A DNA stretch of 63,892 nucleotides, filler included, from Octopus bimaculoides (Eukaryota), in assembly GCF_001194135.2 (NCBI RefSeq). It is 6 parts of 6 records of this genome, joined end to end, with 100 filler letters (N's around TTAATTAATTAA, not from the genome) between each part and the next. Parts side by side here need not be neighbours in the genome. Positions count along the whole stretch, not along the records: positions 42,361 to 60,646 come from NC_069000.1; positions 60,747 to 62,263 come from NC_068983.1; 4 more parts are not named here. The stretch is one strand, 5' to 3'. Below the pieces are notes generated by a model. That model ran no database searches, was not told where the DNA came from, and saw only the letters and a program-made list of their open reading frames with translations. Below are positions 48,921-61,011 of this stretch, piece by piece. Numbering within the stretch: the first letter of the stretch is position 1; every line of letters starts with the position of its first letter. A program made the translations under genes and the position numbers.

Positions 48921-49749
48921 AAACTAAGCATTCCCATTTCATTTGAAATATTCTTATGTGTGAAATATTAAATTCTAAGGGAGACATGTCCCCTATAATT
49001 TAGAGTGAAATGGGGACAGCAAATAAATTAATTTCTAAGGAGGATAAATGCACTATGCTGCAGATAATGATGCATACCATTGTATTGCATTGCATGTGGT
49101 GTTTACTGTGCATGCGTAATATTAGTGTGCGTTTATATGTATATATGTGTGTGAACTTGTGTTCCTACATATGTATTTGTGTATGCATTGATTTGTATAT
49201 GTGTGTGTATATGTGTGTGTGTGTGAGTGTGTGTGTATGTGTGCATGTGTGTGTGCTTGTGTGTGCATGTGGACTTGTGAGCATACATATGTATTTGTGT
49301 ATGCATTAATTTGTATATGTGAGTGTATTTGCACGTGTGTGTGGACTTGTGTGAGTGTGTGTGTATGTGCGTGTGTGGACTTGTGTGTATGCATATATAT
49401 TTGTGTATGCATTAATTTGTATATGTAAGTATATGGGTGTGTGTGTGTGTGTGTGTGCATGTGTGTGTGTGTGTGGGGGGGGGCTTGTGTGCATATATAT
49501 GTATTTGTGTATGCATTAATTTGTGCATGTGAGTGTGTTTGCATGTGTATGTGTGTGTGTCTAATTTGCGTAAGTGTATATCTGTGTGTGCTCGTGTGTC
49601 TGTATCCCTGAGTGTATGTGTGTATCAGTGAGTGTATGTGTGTGCATGTATTTGTGTGTTTGTGAATGGGCATTTGTATTTTTGTGTGTCTTGTGGTGTG
49701 TGTGTGCATGCGTGTGCATGAGTGTCTGTATGTGTGTGTATGTGTGTTA

Positions 49750-49985
49750 CCATCATCATCATCATCATCATCATTCTCATCATCACCCTGTTCATTTAAC
49801 ATCCATGTTTCCATGCTTACATAAGACATGGAATTTGCTGACACAGATTTTCTACGGCCAGATGCCCTTCCCGTCACCAACCCTTGTTGCCTGTTTCCAG
49901 GTAAGACTATGTTTCCCTATGGTCAGACATGTTTTTTTTTTACCGAAGACTGGAAATGCACAACCTTGCTTGAATGTTGATGCTC
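49750..49985 (-). mobile_element. family G: SINE-like element with RTE-type 3' motif and (GAT)n tail
   Basis: TTTCTACGGCCAGATGCCCTTCCCGTCACCAACC motif; similar to 61840-62050. Confidence 0.7.
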
Positions 49986-50236
49986 ATGTGTATGTGTATG
50001 TGTGTGTTTGTAGATGTGTATATCACCATCATCATCCTCCTCATCATCATCATCATCATCATTGTCATCATCATCATCATCATTGTCATCCTCATCCTCA
50101 TCATCACTGCCGCCACCACCAGCACCAGCATTGTAGGGTAATTGTGAGAAGCCTGATATGGCCAATTCGCACATTAAACAGATAGAATATTTGGGCAGGA
50201 TATAGTCAGTTTAAATGCTAAGGAGTTAAGACAGTG

Positions 50237-50447
50237 AACTCGCAGGATTGTTAGCAAAAACGCGTGGTGGTATGTCACCTGTCTTTATGTTCTGAGTTCA
50301 AATTCTACCAAGGTTGGCTTTAATTTTCATCCCTTTAGGGGTCGATAAAACAAGTGCCAGTTGAGCACTGGAATTGATGTAATTGACTTAACCCAGGTTC
50401 CTCGAATTTGCTGGCCTTGTGCCAAAATTTGGAACCAATATCAAATT
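50237..50447 (+). mobile_element. SINE family B
   Basis: GTTCTGAGTTCAAATTC...GGCCTTGTGCCAAAATTTGG. Confidence 0.85.
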
Positions 50448-51261
50448 AAAGTATAAACATGTTTAAATAAAAGAAGTAAAAGAAAAAAGTTGATGGATGG
50501 GTTTAAGGTGAGCAAAAGAATGATGAGAGAATATGAAGAGGAGAAGGAGGAGGGGAAGGAGGAGCAGTAAGAGGAGGATTTGAAATGAATGAAAGAAAAG
50601 AAGCCCAAGAAGTACAAGATCAAGAAGAAGAAGAAAGACAAGAAGACTATGAAGAAAAAGTGTTTTAAGGGTAGATTGGGAAGAAGTGGAAGAAAAAAAA
50701 GGAAGAATAAAAGAATGATTAAAAATTGTTAAAGAAACCAGTAACAACAACAACAACAACAACAGCAGTAATCATAACAACAACAACAATAATTTTCATA
50801 AACAGACGAAAAATTTAATAAAAAAGGAAAAACTTTTACGAAGATTGCTGAAAACAAAACAAAACAAACCTAAAATTAAAATAAAAATGAAAAAAAATGT
50901 AACAGACAAACAAAGAAATAATAGGAGGAAATAACTAAGAGGAATTTCTGTAAGGAAATTAAATCTGCTCCCCACCAAAATGGTTACAATTCCTGGAATG
51001 GAATGAAGAATTTTTCAGTGGCATTTATTGCTTTTTATATAAATGTCTTCAAACTTGTGTTTCTTGTTTTAAACATCTACAAATATGCAATTTTTCTTCT
51101 ATTTTCATTTTCAGTTCTTCTTTCTGTTACATCTCTTTTAAAATTACTACCATTATACATATTTATTGATGTCCTCCTGTTAATTTTTTGTTGTTGTTGC
51201 TAGGCATTTTTATAATTTTTCTTATTTCCTATGTTTCTGTTATTTTTTATTATTGTTGTAT

Positions 51262-51445
51262 AACTCCCAGGTTGGCACTGATCCCTAAGACCCATTGATC
51301 AAAGCATTCCTTTCCTAATTGCCCTGCTTTTTGTGTCTTATTTTCAGACAGTGCACTGTATTATTCAACATCATCCTTTTTTTAACAGCAGTAGATTATA
51401 ATTTGAGGAAAATTTGGTTGTTATATCTTGCAGGGTGAGTAGCCG
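51262..51445 (-). mobile_element. family J remnant
   Basis: CCCAGGTTGGCACTGAT...GATCAAAGCATTCC...AATTTGAGGAAAATTTGG. Confidence 0.6.
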
Positions 51446-51582
51446 CATAAACAAACTCAATTCAGTTTGGCATCTTTGGTTGGTTCATTCTATTATATCA
51501 TTTGTTTAAACAGAAATGGTGACCAACCATTCTCTTAATTTATCTGTTTAGGAAATGTATATGTAATGTTGTTTTTTGTTCG

Positions 51583-51863
51583 TTCTTGAGCCATGCTTGG
51601 CTCATAAGGGCCAATTTCCTGGTTTCATTGGCACATGGATGGGATGCTGGTCCATCACAGGTGAGCTGCTAGATGCAGGAAGAAAGAGTGAGAGACAGTT
51701 GTGGTGAAAGAGTCAGCAGAGGTTCGCCATTACCTTCTGCCGGAGCCGCGTGGAGCTTTAGGTGTTTTGCTTGTAAGCACACACATTGCCCGGTCTGAGA
51801 TTCGAACCTGCAGTCCGTCAACTGTGAATCCGCTGCTCTAACCACTAGGCCACATGCCTCCAC
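51583..51863 (-). mobile_element. tRNA-derived SINE: head D + diverged tail 2
   Basis: Minus strand GGAGGCATGTGGCCTAGTGGTTAG...GGTTCGAATCTC, then CTGTGATGGACCAGCATCCCATCCA...TATGAGCC. Confidence 0.88.
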
Positions 51864-52059
51864 ATATGTAATATTGGTATTCAGTTTATTTTACTATTTT
51901 GTGTAATTAGACAATATATTATGAGGATTAGCTGAGCGGAAAAATAAAAGCAGCTTGCATATTTTGTTGTATGTTTTGTTGCATCCCTCTGTGTTCTAAG
52001 TTTGTATCTGGTCAACATCAACATTATCGTTTCTTCTTCCACAGTCAGTAGCATATGGG

Positions 52060-52225
52060 GGCTGGCATAGCTGTTGGGTTCAGAAGCTTGCTTCGTAACC
52101 ATGTAGCTTGAGGGTCCGTCCTACTGTGCAGCACCTTGAGATAGTGTCTTCTACTATAGCTCTGGGCCAGCCAATGCTTTGTGGATGAATTTTGCAAATG
52201 GAAACTGTGTGAAAGCCTGTAGTAT
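52060..52225 (+). mobile_element. SINE family A head
   Basis: AGAAGCTTGCTTC...GCACCTTGAGATAGTGTCTTCTACTATAGC, followed by (CA)n. Confidence 0.8.
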
Positions 52226-52230
52226 ACACG

Positions 52231-52280
<50 letters not shown>

Positions 52281-53036
52281 CACGCATGCGTGCACACACA
52301 CACACACACACGCACACACTCCTATTACCCATTAAGCAAAATAAGCATGTGTTTAGGGCATTAAAGGGAATGGAAGCACCATAGAAATGGTAAATGTTTT
52401 ACAGCACAAAAGAGATCACTCTAAACTTGTTAAAATGATAATTGAAGGGGTTTTTATAATGATTGGAAATATAATTTTGAAGTGTTTATGGTGTCATAGT
52501 GAGGATCTGATCAAAGACTTTTTGTAATTAAAAAAGAGTGGGAGAAAACTTTTCAAATATGAATAACACGAAAGTATATAGAAATAAACATTATTTTCCA
52601 TCTTACTGTTAGTTTTATTTCATTCTGAAAAAATTAAATTTTATTTTATGGTTTATTATCGTTTCTTTAAACCTAATTCAGTACATTAGTTATGGTCATT
52701 GATACCACAAAACTTGTTACAATCCAACATAGATCCTGAAGGTTACTAATGAGTGTTACATAATCTCTGAAGATTTGACAAGGTAATCTCCTTATAAGTG
52801 TTTTTTTTTGTATTACAAATACTTTTCATTGTTAATGAAATACATGTAAGATGATGTAACTAACTAACAGACACCCCTACTTTGTTTTGTTTCTTCTATA
52901 TGTACTCTACGATCTATCTTTTGCTGAACTGCTAAGTTACAGAGACATAAACACACAAACACCGGTTTTCAAGCAGTGGTGGGAGACAAATACAAAGGCA
53001 AAGACACACACATATAGACTGTACATACATACATAC

Positions 53037-53081
<45 letters not shown>

Positions 53082-53087
53082 CATACC

Positions 53088-53240
53088 ATGGGCTTCTTTC
53101 AGTTTCCGTCTACCAAATCCACTCACAAAGTTTTGGTCAGTCCAAGGCTATAGTAGAAGACACTTGCTCAAGGTGCCATGCAGTGGGATCAAACCAAGAA
53201 CCATGTGGTTGGGAAGCAAGCTTCTAACTACACAGCCATA
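53088..53240 (-). mobile_element. SINE family A head
   Basis: Reverse complement of the family A head. Confidence 0.9.
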
Positions 53241-53501
53241 TGTGTGTGTGTATATATATATAAAAAGAGAGAGAGAGAGGTTATGAGAGGTAATAGTGTC
53301 AATAAGACCCAAATGCGTCAAGTAAAGCTGAGTAAGTGCTATGGATAGACCATAGTTAAGCTCCAGGTTCAGTGATTATGCAAATAAGGTGTCCAACGTA
53401 GGTCATATATCAGCATGTGTATATATAAACATTTTTTTCTTCTTGTTTTTTTTCTCGTTCCGAAAAAAAAATTATTATATATATATATATATGTACATAC
53501 A

Positions 53502-53843
53502 ATGGGCTTCTTTAAGTTCCTTACTACCAAATCCACTCACATGGTTTTGGTAAGCTCAATGCTATAGTAGAAGACACCTAAGGTGCCACACTGGGATTGA
53601 ACCCGGAACCATTTGGTTGGGAAGCAAGCATCTTATTTCTTTACTGCCCACAAGTGGCTAAACATTGAAGGGACAAACAAGGATAGACAAAGGCATTAAG
53701 TCGATTACATAGACCCCAGTACACAACTGGTACTTAATTTATCGACCCCGAAAGGATGAAAGGCAAAGTCGACCTTGACGGAATTTGAACTCAGAACGTA
53801 GCGGCAGATGAAATACAGCATCTTATCACACAGCTGCCCCTGC
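53502..53843 (-). mobile_element. family A head interrupted by a 5'-truncated B2 SINE
   Basis: Insert at 53637-53816, bracketed by AGCATCTTAT at 53627-53636 and 53817-53826. Confidence 0.88.
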
Positions 53844-54316
53844 TCCTATAGTGCAATGCTTAAAACACCTAGGTTTCCCAAGTGGCCACATATCTAAGTA
53901 TTAACTTGACTTGACATTGCTTAACTACAGCGATATGGAGAAGAACTGGTGCATTCAATGTTTCTTGAAAGATGTATAAGAATATGCATAGGGTTCTAAA
54001 TACTGGTTATTTATCATGCAATTTAAATTTAAATCACACACACACACACACACACACATGCACACATACGTGAGTGCGTATATATTATGGACTAATTATT
54101 ATTATTTATTATGTATTATTTATGATTTATTTAGCATTTTTCAATTAATTTAAAAAAGAATTTAATTTATATTTATTATAATTTTTTCAAAGTTTATTTT
54201 TATTATTAATTTTATTTCAATTATTCCTTTTCTTTGTTTATAGTCTTCTTTTATTTATCCTTTATTTTTTTCTTAGCTATGTTTAAGTGTGTGTATGCGT
54301 GTGTGTGTGTCTGTGC

Positions 54317-54355
<39 letters not shown>

Positions 54356-55632
54356 CTTTAGCTTAATTTTAATATTTTTTTGCCACCTTTCTATCCCATG
54401 CAAGATAAATAAATAAATAAATGAATAGAAATACAGAAAAATAATTATTTCCTTTTAAAATATATTTTTGGAACTTTTATTTTTATATTTTGTAAATAAA
54501 TTTATTGATTTATATTTTATTATATTTGCTTTAAATAAAACATTAANNNNNNNNNNNNNNNNNNNNNNNNNNNNNNNNNNNNNNNNNNNNNNNNNNNNNN
54601 NNNNNNNNNNNNNNNNNNNNNNNNNNNNNNNNNNNNNNNNNNNNNNNNNNNNNNNNNNNNNNNNNNNNNNNNNNNNNNNNNNNNNNNNNNNNNNNNNNNN
54701 NNNNNNNNNNNNNNNNNNNNNNNNNNNNNNNNNNNNNNNNNNNNNNNNNNNNNNNNNNNNNNNNNNNNNNNNNNNNNNNNNNNNNNNNNNNNNNNNNNNN
54801 NNNNNNNNNNNNNNNNNNNNNNNNNNNNNNNNNNNNNNNNNNNNNNNNNNNNNNNNNNNNNNNNNNNNNNNNNNNNNNNNNNNNNNNNNNNNNNNNNNNN
54901 NNNNNNNNNNNNNNNNNNNNNNNNNNNNNNNNNNNNNNNNNNNNGCCATCGTTCCCAGCATCACCACAACCACTGCCACTGCCACTGTCCCCACCAACAA
55001 ACAAACAAACCAAAACAGCAAACCCTATCCCATCATGCCTCCATTCGATGTTACACAACACCGCCATCGTTCCCAGCATCACCACAACCACTGCCACTGC
55101 CACTGTCCCCACCATTACCACTGCTGCCACCATCACTACCACTACCACTGCCACTGCTACCACCACCACCACCACCACCACCCTCTAACCATTGCTCCAT
55201 TTGTTCACACATCCAGCATATCAAACATCTGTTCATCCATGAATTTTATCTGGTGGTCTGTCAGCCATTTCCTATACATCTGTCTGTCTGTCTGAATGTC
55301 TGTCTGTTGATTGTTGGTTTCTTTTTTTATTTATGCCTATCGGTCTAACCATCCGACCATTTATCAGTTGGTCTGTCCTCTAAAAAAAAAAAAATATGGG
55401 TAGGAAGGAGAATTTCCAGGAGTATGTATTCAGGGTAAAAAGTTTAAGATTTAAGTGAAGGGCATTAGACAAAGCAGCAAAACAAGCAGAGAAAAATGAA
55501 AATACATTCTGGTGGTGGGCCTTGAGTGTAACTGATATGCAATTTGCTAGTTCAGAACAGAAGCTGTTGTAGCAGTGCAAGATGTACAGAGAGTAAACAA
55601 TATATCTATTATGTAGTTCTTATTACTTAAGC

Positions 55633-55950
55633 GAAGGCATGCAGCTTAGTGGTTAGGGTGTTTGGCTCGTGTTCGTAAGATTGTGAGTTCAATTCTCAGT
55701 TGTACATTGTGTCCTTCAGCAAGACACTTTATTTCATTTATCGTTGCTCCTGTCCACTTAGCTGGCAAAAATGAGTAGTACCTGTAATTCAAAGGGCCAG
55801 CCTTGTCGCACTCTGTGTCACACCGAATCTCCCTGGGAAGGGTACATGTGTCTGTGGAGTACTCAGCCACTTGTACGTTAATTTCATGAGCAGGCTGATC
55901 TGTTGATCAGATCAACTGGAACCCTCATCATCATAACCAACGGAGTGCCA
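55633..55950 (+). mobile_element. tRNA-derived SINE: head C + tail 1
   Basis: Colinear with 7198-7518. Confidence 0.9.
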
Positions 55951-56084
55951 TTACTCACATATGCTATTCACTCCCTATGGAGCAGGTCCTTATGTTTTCC
56001 CAAGGGAAGGCTTTACTCTTCTAACTTTTGTTGGTTTTGAATTGTCATCAATGCTTCTGTAGCCTTGCTTTTTCTGATCAAACC

Positions 56085-56270
56085 CATTTTTACTTCGGCT
56101 TGTGCCACATAAAAAGCATTCATCCCAGTGTTGGGGCCAGATAAAAAGCACTTGTGCTGGTACCACATATAAAACACTGGTGCTAGTGCCACTTAAGAAG
56201 CACCCAGTACACTTTGTAAAGTGGTCGGCATAAAGAAGGGTATCCAGCTGCAGAAACCATGCCTAACAAG
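56085..56270 (+). mobile_element. family F fragment
   Basis: GTGCCACATAAAAAGCA subrepeats, then GAAGGGTATCCAGCTGCAGAAAC. Confidence 0.7.
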
Positions 56271-56288
56271 TTCTGGGGAGGAGTAAAA

Positions 56289-56455
56289 TGATTACTTTGA
56301 CCCCAGTCTCAAATAGTATTTATTTTATCAACTCTGAAAGGACTGAAAGTAAAGTTGACTTCAGCAAAATTTGAACTCAGAACGTAAACACAGATGAGAG
56401 ATGTAGTGAAGTATTTAGCCCAATGTGGTAATGATTCTGCCGGCTTGCTGCCTTA
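56289..56455 (-). mobile_element. SINE family B
   Basis: Reverse complement of family B. Confidence 0.82.
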
Positions 56456-56589
56456 GTCACAGGTAATATTGCCATTTACAGATATTTAAACTGGGCAGGT
56501 GTGGTTTGTTGTTTATTATTACATTAAAAAAGTGTAAAGAGGGAGGGTGATACTGTGTGCCATTGATTGATGATTAAGTTTTTTGAACG

Positions 56590-57023
56590 CTGGTTTCAAA
56601 TTTTGGCACAAGGTCAGCAAATTCAGGAGAGAAGGGAAGTCAATTACATTGACCCCAGTGCTCAACTGGTACTTTTGTTTTTGACTCCAGAAGGATGAAA
56701 GGCAAAGTCACTCTTGGTGGAATTTGAACTCAGAACATGAAGATGGACAAAATGTCACTAAAAATTTTGCCCTGCATACTAACAATTCTTATTTCTTTCT
56801 TGCCCACAAGGGGCTAAACATAGAGGGGACAAACAAGAACGGACAAAGGGATTAATTCGATTACATCGACCCCAGTACACAACTGGTACTTAATTTATCG
56901 ACCCCGAAAGGATGAAAGGCTAAGTCGACCTCAGCAGAATTTGAACTCAAAACGTAGCAGCAGACGAAATACCACTAAGCATTTCGCCCGACGTGCTAAC
57001 AATTCTGCCAGCTCGCTGCCTTA
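56590..57023 (-). mobile_element. B2 SINE nested in an older family B copy
   Basis: CTAACAATTCT duplicated at 56779-56789 and 56996-57006. Confidence 0.85.
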
Positions 57024-57084
57024 AGTTTTCTAACATTAAACATCAAACTCATTCGCACATAACCTGTTACAGTTGCTATGATGA

Positions 57085-57410
57085 TGGCTCATGGGGCTTC
57101 CTAAGTATGAGCTACTAGAGAATTATCATTAGGCATACTGTAGCTCAATGATCTGCTCAGATACGATGAACTTGGTGATTGCTTACTGCTTTCTAATGCT
57201 GAGGTGGCCATCAAGTCAAAACTTAATTGTGGTTCATTCCCCTGCTGCCAACCTCTTACTCCTTGTCATTCTCCTGTATAAGAATGTGGTTACACAGTTG
57301 AAGAATATATTAAACTGTACAGGAGTCGGTACAGAGCCTTGCCTAACTCCTCTTTTTACAATAAAGTTCTCATATTACTGTCCTTCAACAATAAATAGAC
57401 CTTTATTTCT
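57085..57410 (-). mobile_element. decayed RTE-clade LINE RT fragment
   Basis: Minus strand FIVKRGVRQGSVPTPVQFNIFF, then IELQYA(fs)DNSLVAHT (from ELxYADD...VAH). Confidence 0.8.
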
Positions 57411-57771
57411 TGGAAATTTTGATTGAAATTCACAACACACACNNNNNNNNNNACACACACACACACACACACACACACACTTTAATCAATTCCTCATTTG
57501 GTTCCCATATATTCATATTTCAAAAGGGAAGTAAGTTTTTTTTACATGAAATGTCCCATAAGTTTGTCACCACTTTACATTATGTTGATGTTTAAATGTT
57601 GTTTTACACATAGGACATCTGGTACGCTAAGACCACAACATCAAATTCCAATAATCCAGCAAACCAATATTCCTATATTCCAATAATCCAATATTCAAAT
57701 ATTCTGTTTTCATTCATAAGAATTGACACTGACCATCTGCTACTGAATACAGATAACCACATTGGTACAGC

Positions 57772-58180
57772 TTGGCTGCTGATGTTGTTGCTATTGTTGT
57801 TGTTGTTTGGTCGTTGCTGTTGTTATTGTTTGGTTGTTGTTGTTGTTGTTGTTGGTGTTGTTACATCTTTTTATGTATGGCTACTACACTTGTAGCTTCT
57901 TTCACAATTGCTATTGCTGTTTTTGATGTGGCTGTTGTTGTTGTTGTTCATATTACTGTTTGTGCTTTTGTTGTTGTTGTTGCTGTAAACATTATTGTTT
58001 TTGTTGTTGCTGTTGTTATTGTGGGTGTTGTTATTGCTGTTGCTGTTGTTATTGTCGTTATTATTGTTATTGTTGTTGTTGTTGTTGTTGTTGTTACTGT
58101 TGTTGTGGTTATTGTTGTTATTGCTGTCGTCACTGCTGATACTGTTGTTGTTGATTCTGTAGTTGTTATCATGGTTGCTA
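57772..58180. repeat. degenerate (GTT/GCT/ATT)n array
   Basis: Cryptic trinucleotide repeat producing poly-V/N/T ORFs. Confidence 0.92.
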
Positions 58181-58320
58181 TGAAGGTGGCAAGCTTCAGA
58201 ATTATTGGCACACCAGGCTAAAATGCTTAGCGGCAGCTTATCCATTCTTATGTTCTGAATTCAAATTCTGCTGAGGTTACCCTTGCCTTTCATCCTTTCA
58301 AGGTCCATAAAATAAACACC
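58181..58320 (+). mobile_element. SINE family B, 3'-truncated
   Basis: AAGGTGGCAAGC...AAATGCTTAGCGG...TTGCCTTTCATCCTTTC. Confidence 0.8.
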
Positions 58321-58744
58321 AATCAATTACTAGAAGACCCCTTTCGGAATCGAACTCACTACCTCAGGATTGTGAGCCTGATACTCTAACAAATGAGCCA
58401 TGCACCTTCGCATATATATTAACTCTACTGATATCAATGCTAAGGAACCTGGTAAACAGTTATGCCCGAGGGCCCTTAATACTCTCAGTTCACCCCTGCT
58501 AACACTCCTTGTGAATATGTGCCCTCAGCCAGGTGAACCTGTTCCATCCATTGGGACCAAGTTACCCTGGCTGCTGGTATAAAACAAAATTCATCTGTAA
58601 ACTACACTACCATGTATACACATGCCCATAGCCAGATGAAGCTCTCCAAAACAAGCTGACTAAATTGCCCCTGGCTACAGATGTAACACAGCAGCAGTGG
58701 TAATCCATGGCTCACTAATGTTATGATTATTGTTACTGTTGTAA

Positions 58745-58945
58745 TTATTTAGCTTTGAGTAAGTGTTGATTGAGGAAACGTCTAAATCGAAGTCATTCTA
58801 GATATGACTGTCCTGTTTGAAACCTGACAAAGAATATCCAAAACTGCATAATCTATTTTGTCCTTCATATTTTAGGGGAAGAAGGACTGATTGATTTGGA
58901 GCTTTTGGTGGCTATTTCTAACATCTCACAAGACCATGTAGTATA
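58745..58945 (-). mobile_element. family J remnant
   Basis: Ends GGCTATTTCTAAC...GACCATGTAG, like the 62435-63205 units. Confidence 0.55.
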
Positions 58946-59011
58946 GGTAGTAGTAGTAGTAGTAGTAGTAAAGGTAATATCAATAGCAGTAGCATCAGCA
59001 GCAGCAGTGGC

Positions 59012-59067
<56 letters not shown>

Positions 59068-59119
59068 CATCATTTATTATTATCATTCATTAGTAGTAGT
59101 AGTAGTAGTAGTAAAAAAA

Positions 59120-59464
59120 GGGTAAAGTCCCCTTTGGACATGAATGACCATGTGACTGCACTTAGAATGTTCCCTTCCGAGGCATAAGTTTTGGCAAGGT
59201 TGTTTTATGGAAGGTCAGCGGTTACCCATACATACCAGCCTCCCCTCTCCACGCCAAAGATGTTATCCAAGGGAAAGGCAAAGGGGCTGATACAGCTTGG
59301 CACCAGTGACATCACAACTCATTTCCTACAGCTGAGTGAACTGGAGCAACGTGAAATGAAGTGTCTTGCTGAAGAAGAGCACCACACACAACCTGGTCCA
59401 GGAATGAAACTCACCACCTCATGATTATGAACCTGATGTTCTAATCACTGAGCCATGCATCTTC
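59120..59464 (-). mobile_element. tRNA-derived SINE: head C + tail 4
   Basis: Minus strand GCATGGCTCAGTGATTAG...CAGCAAGACACTTCATTTCACGTTGCTCCAGTTCACTCAGCTG, followed by a tail unlike tails 1 and 2. Confidence 0.85.
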
Positions 59465-59589
59465 ACAGAAGTAGCAGTAGTAGTATTGGTGGTGGTGGTG
59501 GTGATAGTAGTAGTAGTGGTAGTAGTGGTGGTAGTAAAAGCAGCAGCAGCATTGTTGATTTACTATTTCTACACCTTTTATTGTTGTTG

Positions 59590-59800
59590 TTTCACTCCGA
59601 GTATATTCTAATAATGCAGGCCCCTTTTATCAAAGTTATTCCAGACATGACCATCCTGTCTTCATTTATTTTTTTAAATTCAAAAATAGCATATCATTAT
59701 CCTATGTTTTCATACTTTTCTTTTAAGGTGACAGGATGCGATACAATTGCAAATCTGACTGCTTTGCCAGAGAGAAGTCAAACAACCTCATAGATCCACC
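59590..59800 (-). mobile_element. family J remnant
   Basis: ATCAAAGTTATTCCAGACATGACCATCCTGTC motif. Confidence 0.55.
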
Positions 59801-60322
59801 CTAATTAACTCATATAATAATTATTCTCTTATAATTACTAACAGCTGCCTTCGATACTATTTAAAATGTTATTATTATTATTGTTGTTGTTGATGTAATA
59901 TATATAGCTGATCTGATTATTACCTTGTTATTGCTAATGTTACTGCACACCTCCTCCACAGTACCTTGAACCCACATCCCCAACTACTTACACTGCTATT
60001 TATCTCCAAATATGACATCCTGTCAGTTACCTGTGATTTAAAATTTCCTAAAATGTCCACCGGAAATACAGCCATTGGTTATTGCTTAAAAGGCCAGAAG
60101 AATGGTGCTGTTTGAGAGGCCAGCTGTTTTATCTTCTATCACTGTATGAACGCAAGAGAATGTGGGTTCAGCAGTATGGCTGTATGATGGTATGGCAGTA
60201 TGACAGTATGGCAGTAAGTCTTTTAATGTTTTATGGGAATTCACAGCTACTTTAATGATCAGTGATATTCTAAGGTTTAAGATTTCTTTTCATTCTATTG
60301 CCAAATATTACACCACATATGC

Positions 60323-60324
<2 letters not shown>

Positions 60325-60353
<29 letters not shown>

Positions 60354-60646
60354 GTTTAACGTCCGCTTTCCATGCTAGCATGGGTTGGACGATTTGACTG
60401 AGGACTGGTGAAACCGGATGGCAACACCAGGCTCCAGTCTAATTTGGCAGAGTTTCTACAGCTGGATGCCCTTCCTAACGCCAACCACTCAGAGAGTGTA
60501 GTGGGTGCTTTTACGTGTCACCCGCACGAAAACGGCCACGCTCGAAATGGTGTCTTTTATGTGCCACCCGCACAAGCCAGTCCAGGGGCACTGGCAACGA
60601 TCTCGCTCGAAAATCCTACGGGAGCCAGTCAGGCGGTACTGGCAAC
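60325..60646 (-). mobile_element. family F: RTE-type 3'UTR with (GAT)n tail, young copy
   Basis: (CAT)n-CGTTTAACGTCCGCTTTCCATGC...GGATGCCCTTCCTAACGCCAACC; CpGs retained. Confidence 0.85.
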
Positions 60647-60746
60647 NNNNNNNNNNNNNNNNNNNNNNNNNNNNNNNNNNNNNNNNNNNNTTAATTAATT
60701 AANNNNNNNNNNNNNNNNNNNNNNNNNNNNNNNNNNNNNNNNNNNN

Positions 60747-60964
60747 GAAGCTATCGACTACCTCTAGTTTTTCACCCTGGAATGAGATAGAAGTTGTTTC
60801 CTGTTTGTTTGCAGTCTTTATTGCACCTGAACATCTGCCACAAACAAAAACTAACTTGCTAGTTAACCTGCCTTTGATGTTGCTGCACCTCTTATGTGTC
60901 CATAGCTTGCACCGGGTACATCTTATAGAGTTACTACCTACTCCTTTTCTACATACTGAGCAGG

Positions 60965-60968
<4 letters not shown>
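60747..60968 (-). mobile_element. RTE-group LINE ORF2 fragment with a C4HC3 (PHD-like) finger
   Basis: WPCSVCRKGVGSNSIRCTRCKLWTHKRCSNIKGRLTSKLVFVCGRCSG...GEKLEVVDSF, which leads into the usual FxYLG motif. Confidence 0.85.

Positions 60969-61011
<43 letters not shown>

Noticed and set aside
46547-48971. Long poly-His/Asp/Ser/Thr/Pro ORFs (also poly-Ile, poly-Tyr, CV/HT and poly-Val/Asn ORFs elsewhere)
   Set aside because: They are translations of microsatellites and N gaps, open in several frames on both strands, with no splice or domain support.
54945-55114. Exact 52-bp duplication 118 bp apart
   Set aside because: It begins at a gap edge inside low-complexity CCA-rich sequence, so a gap-filling artefact cannot be excluded.
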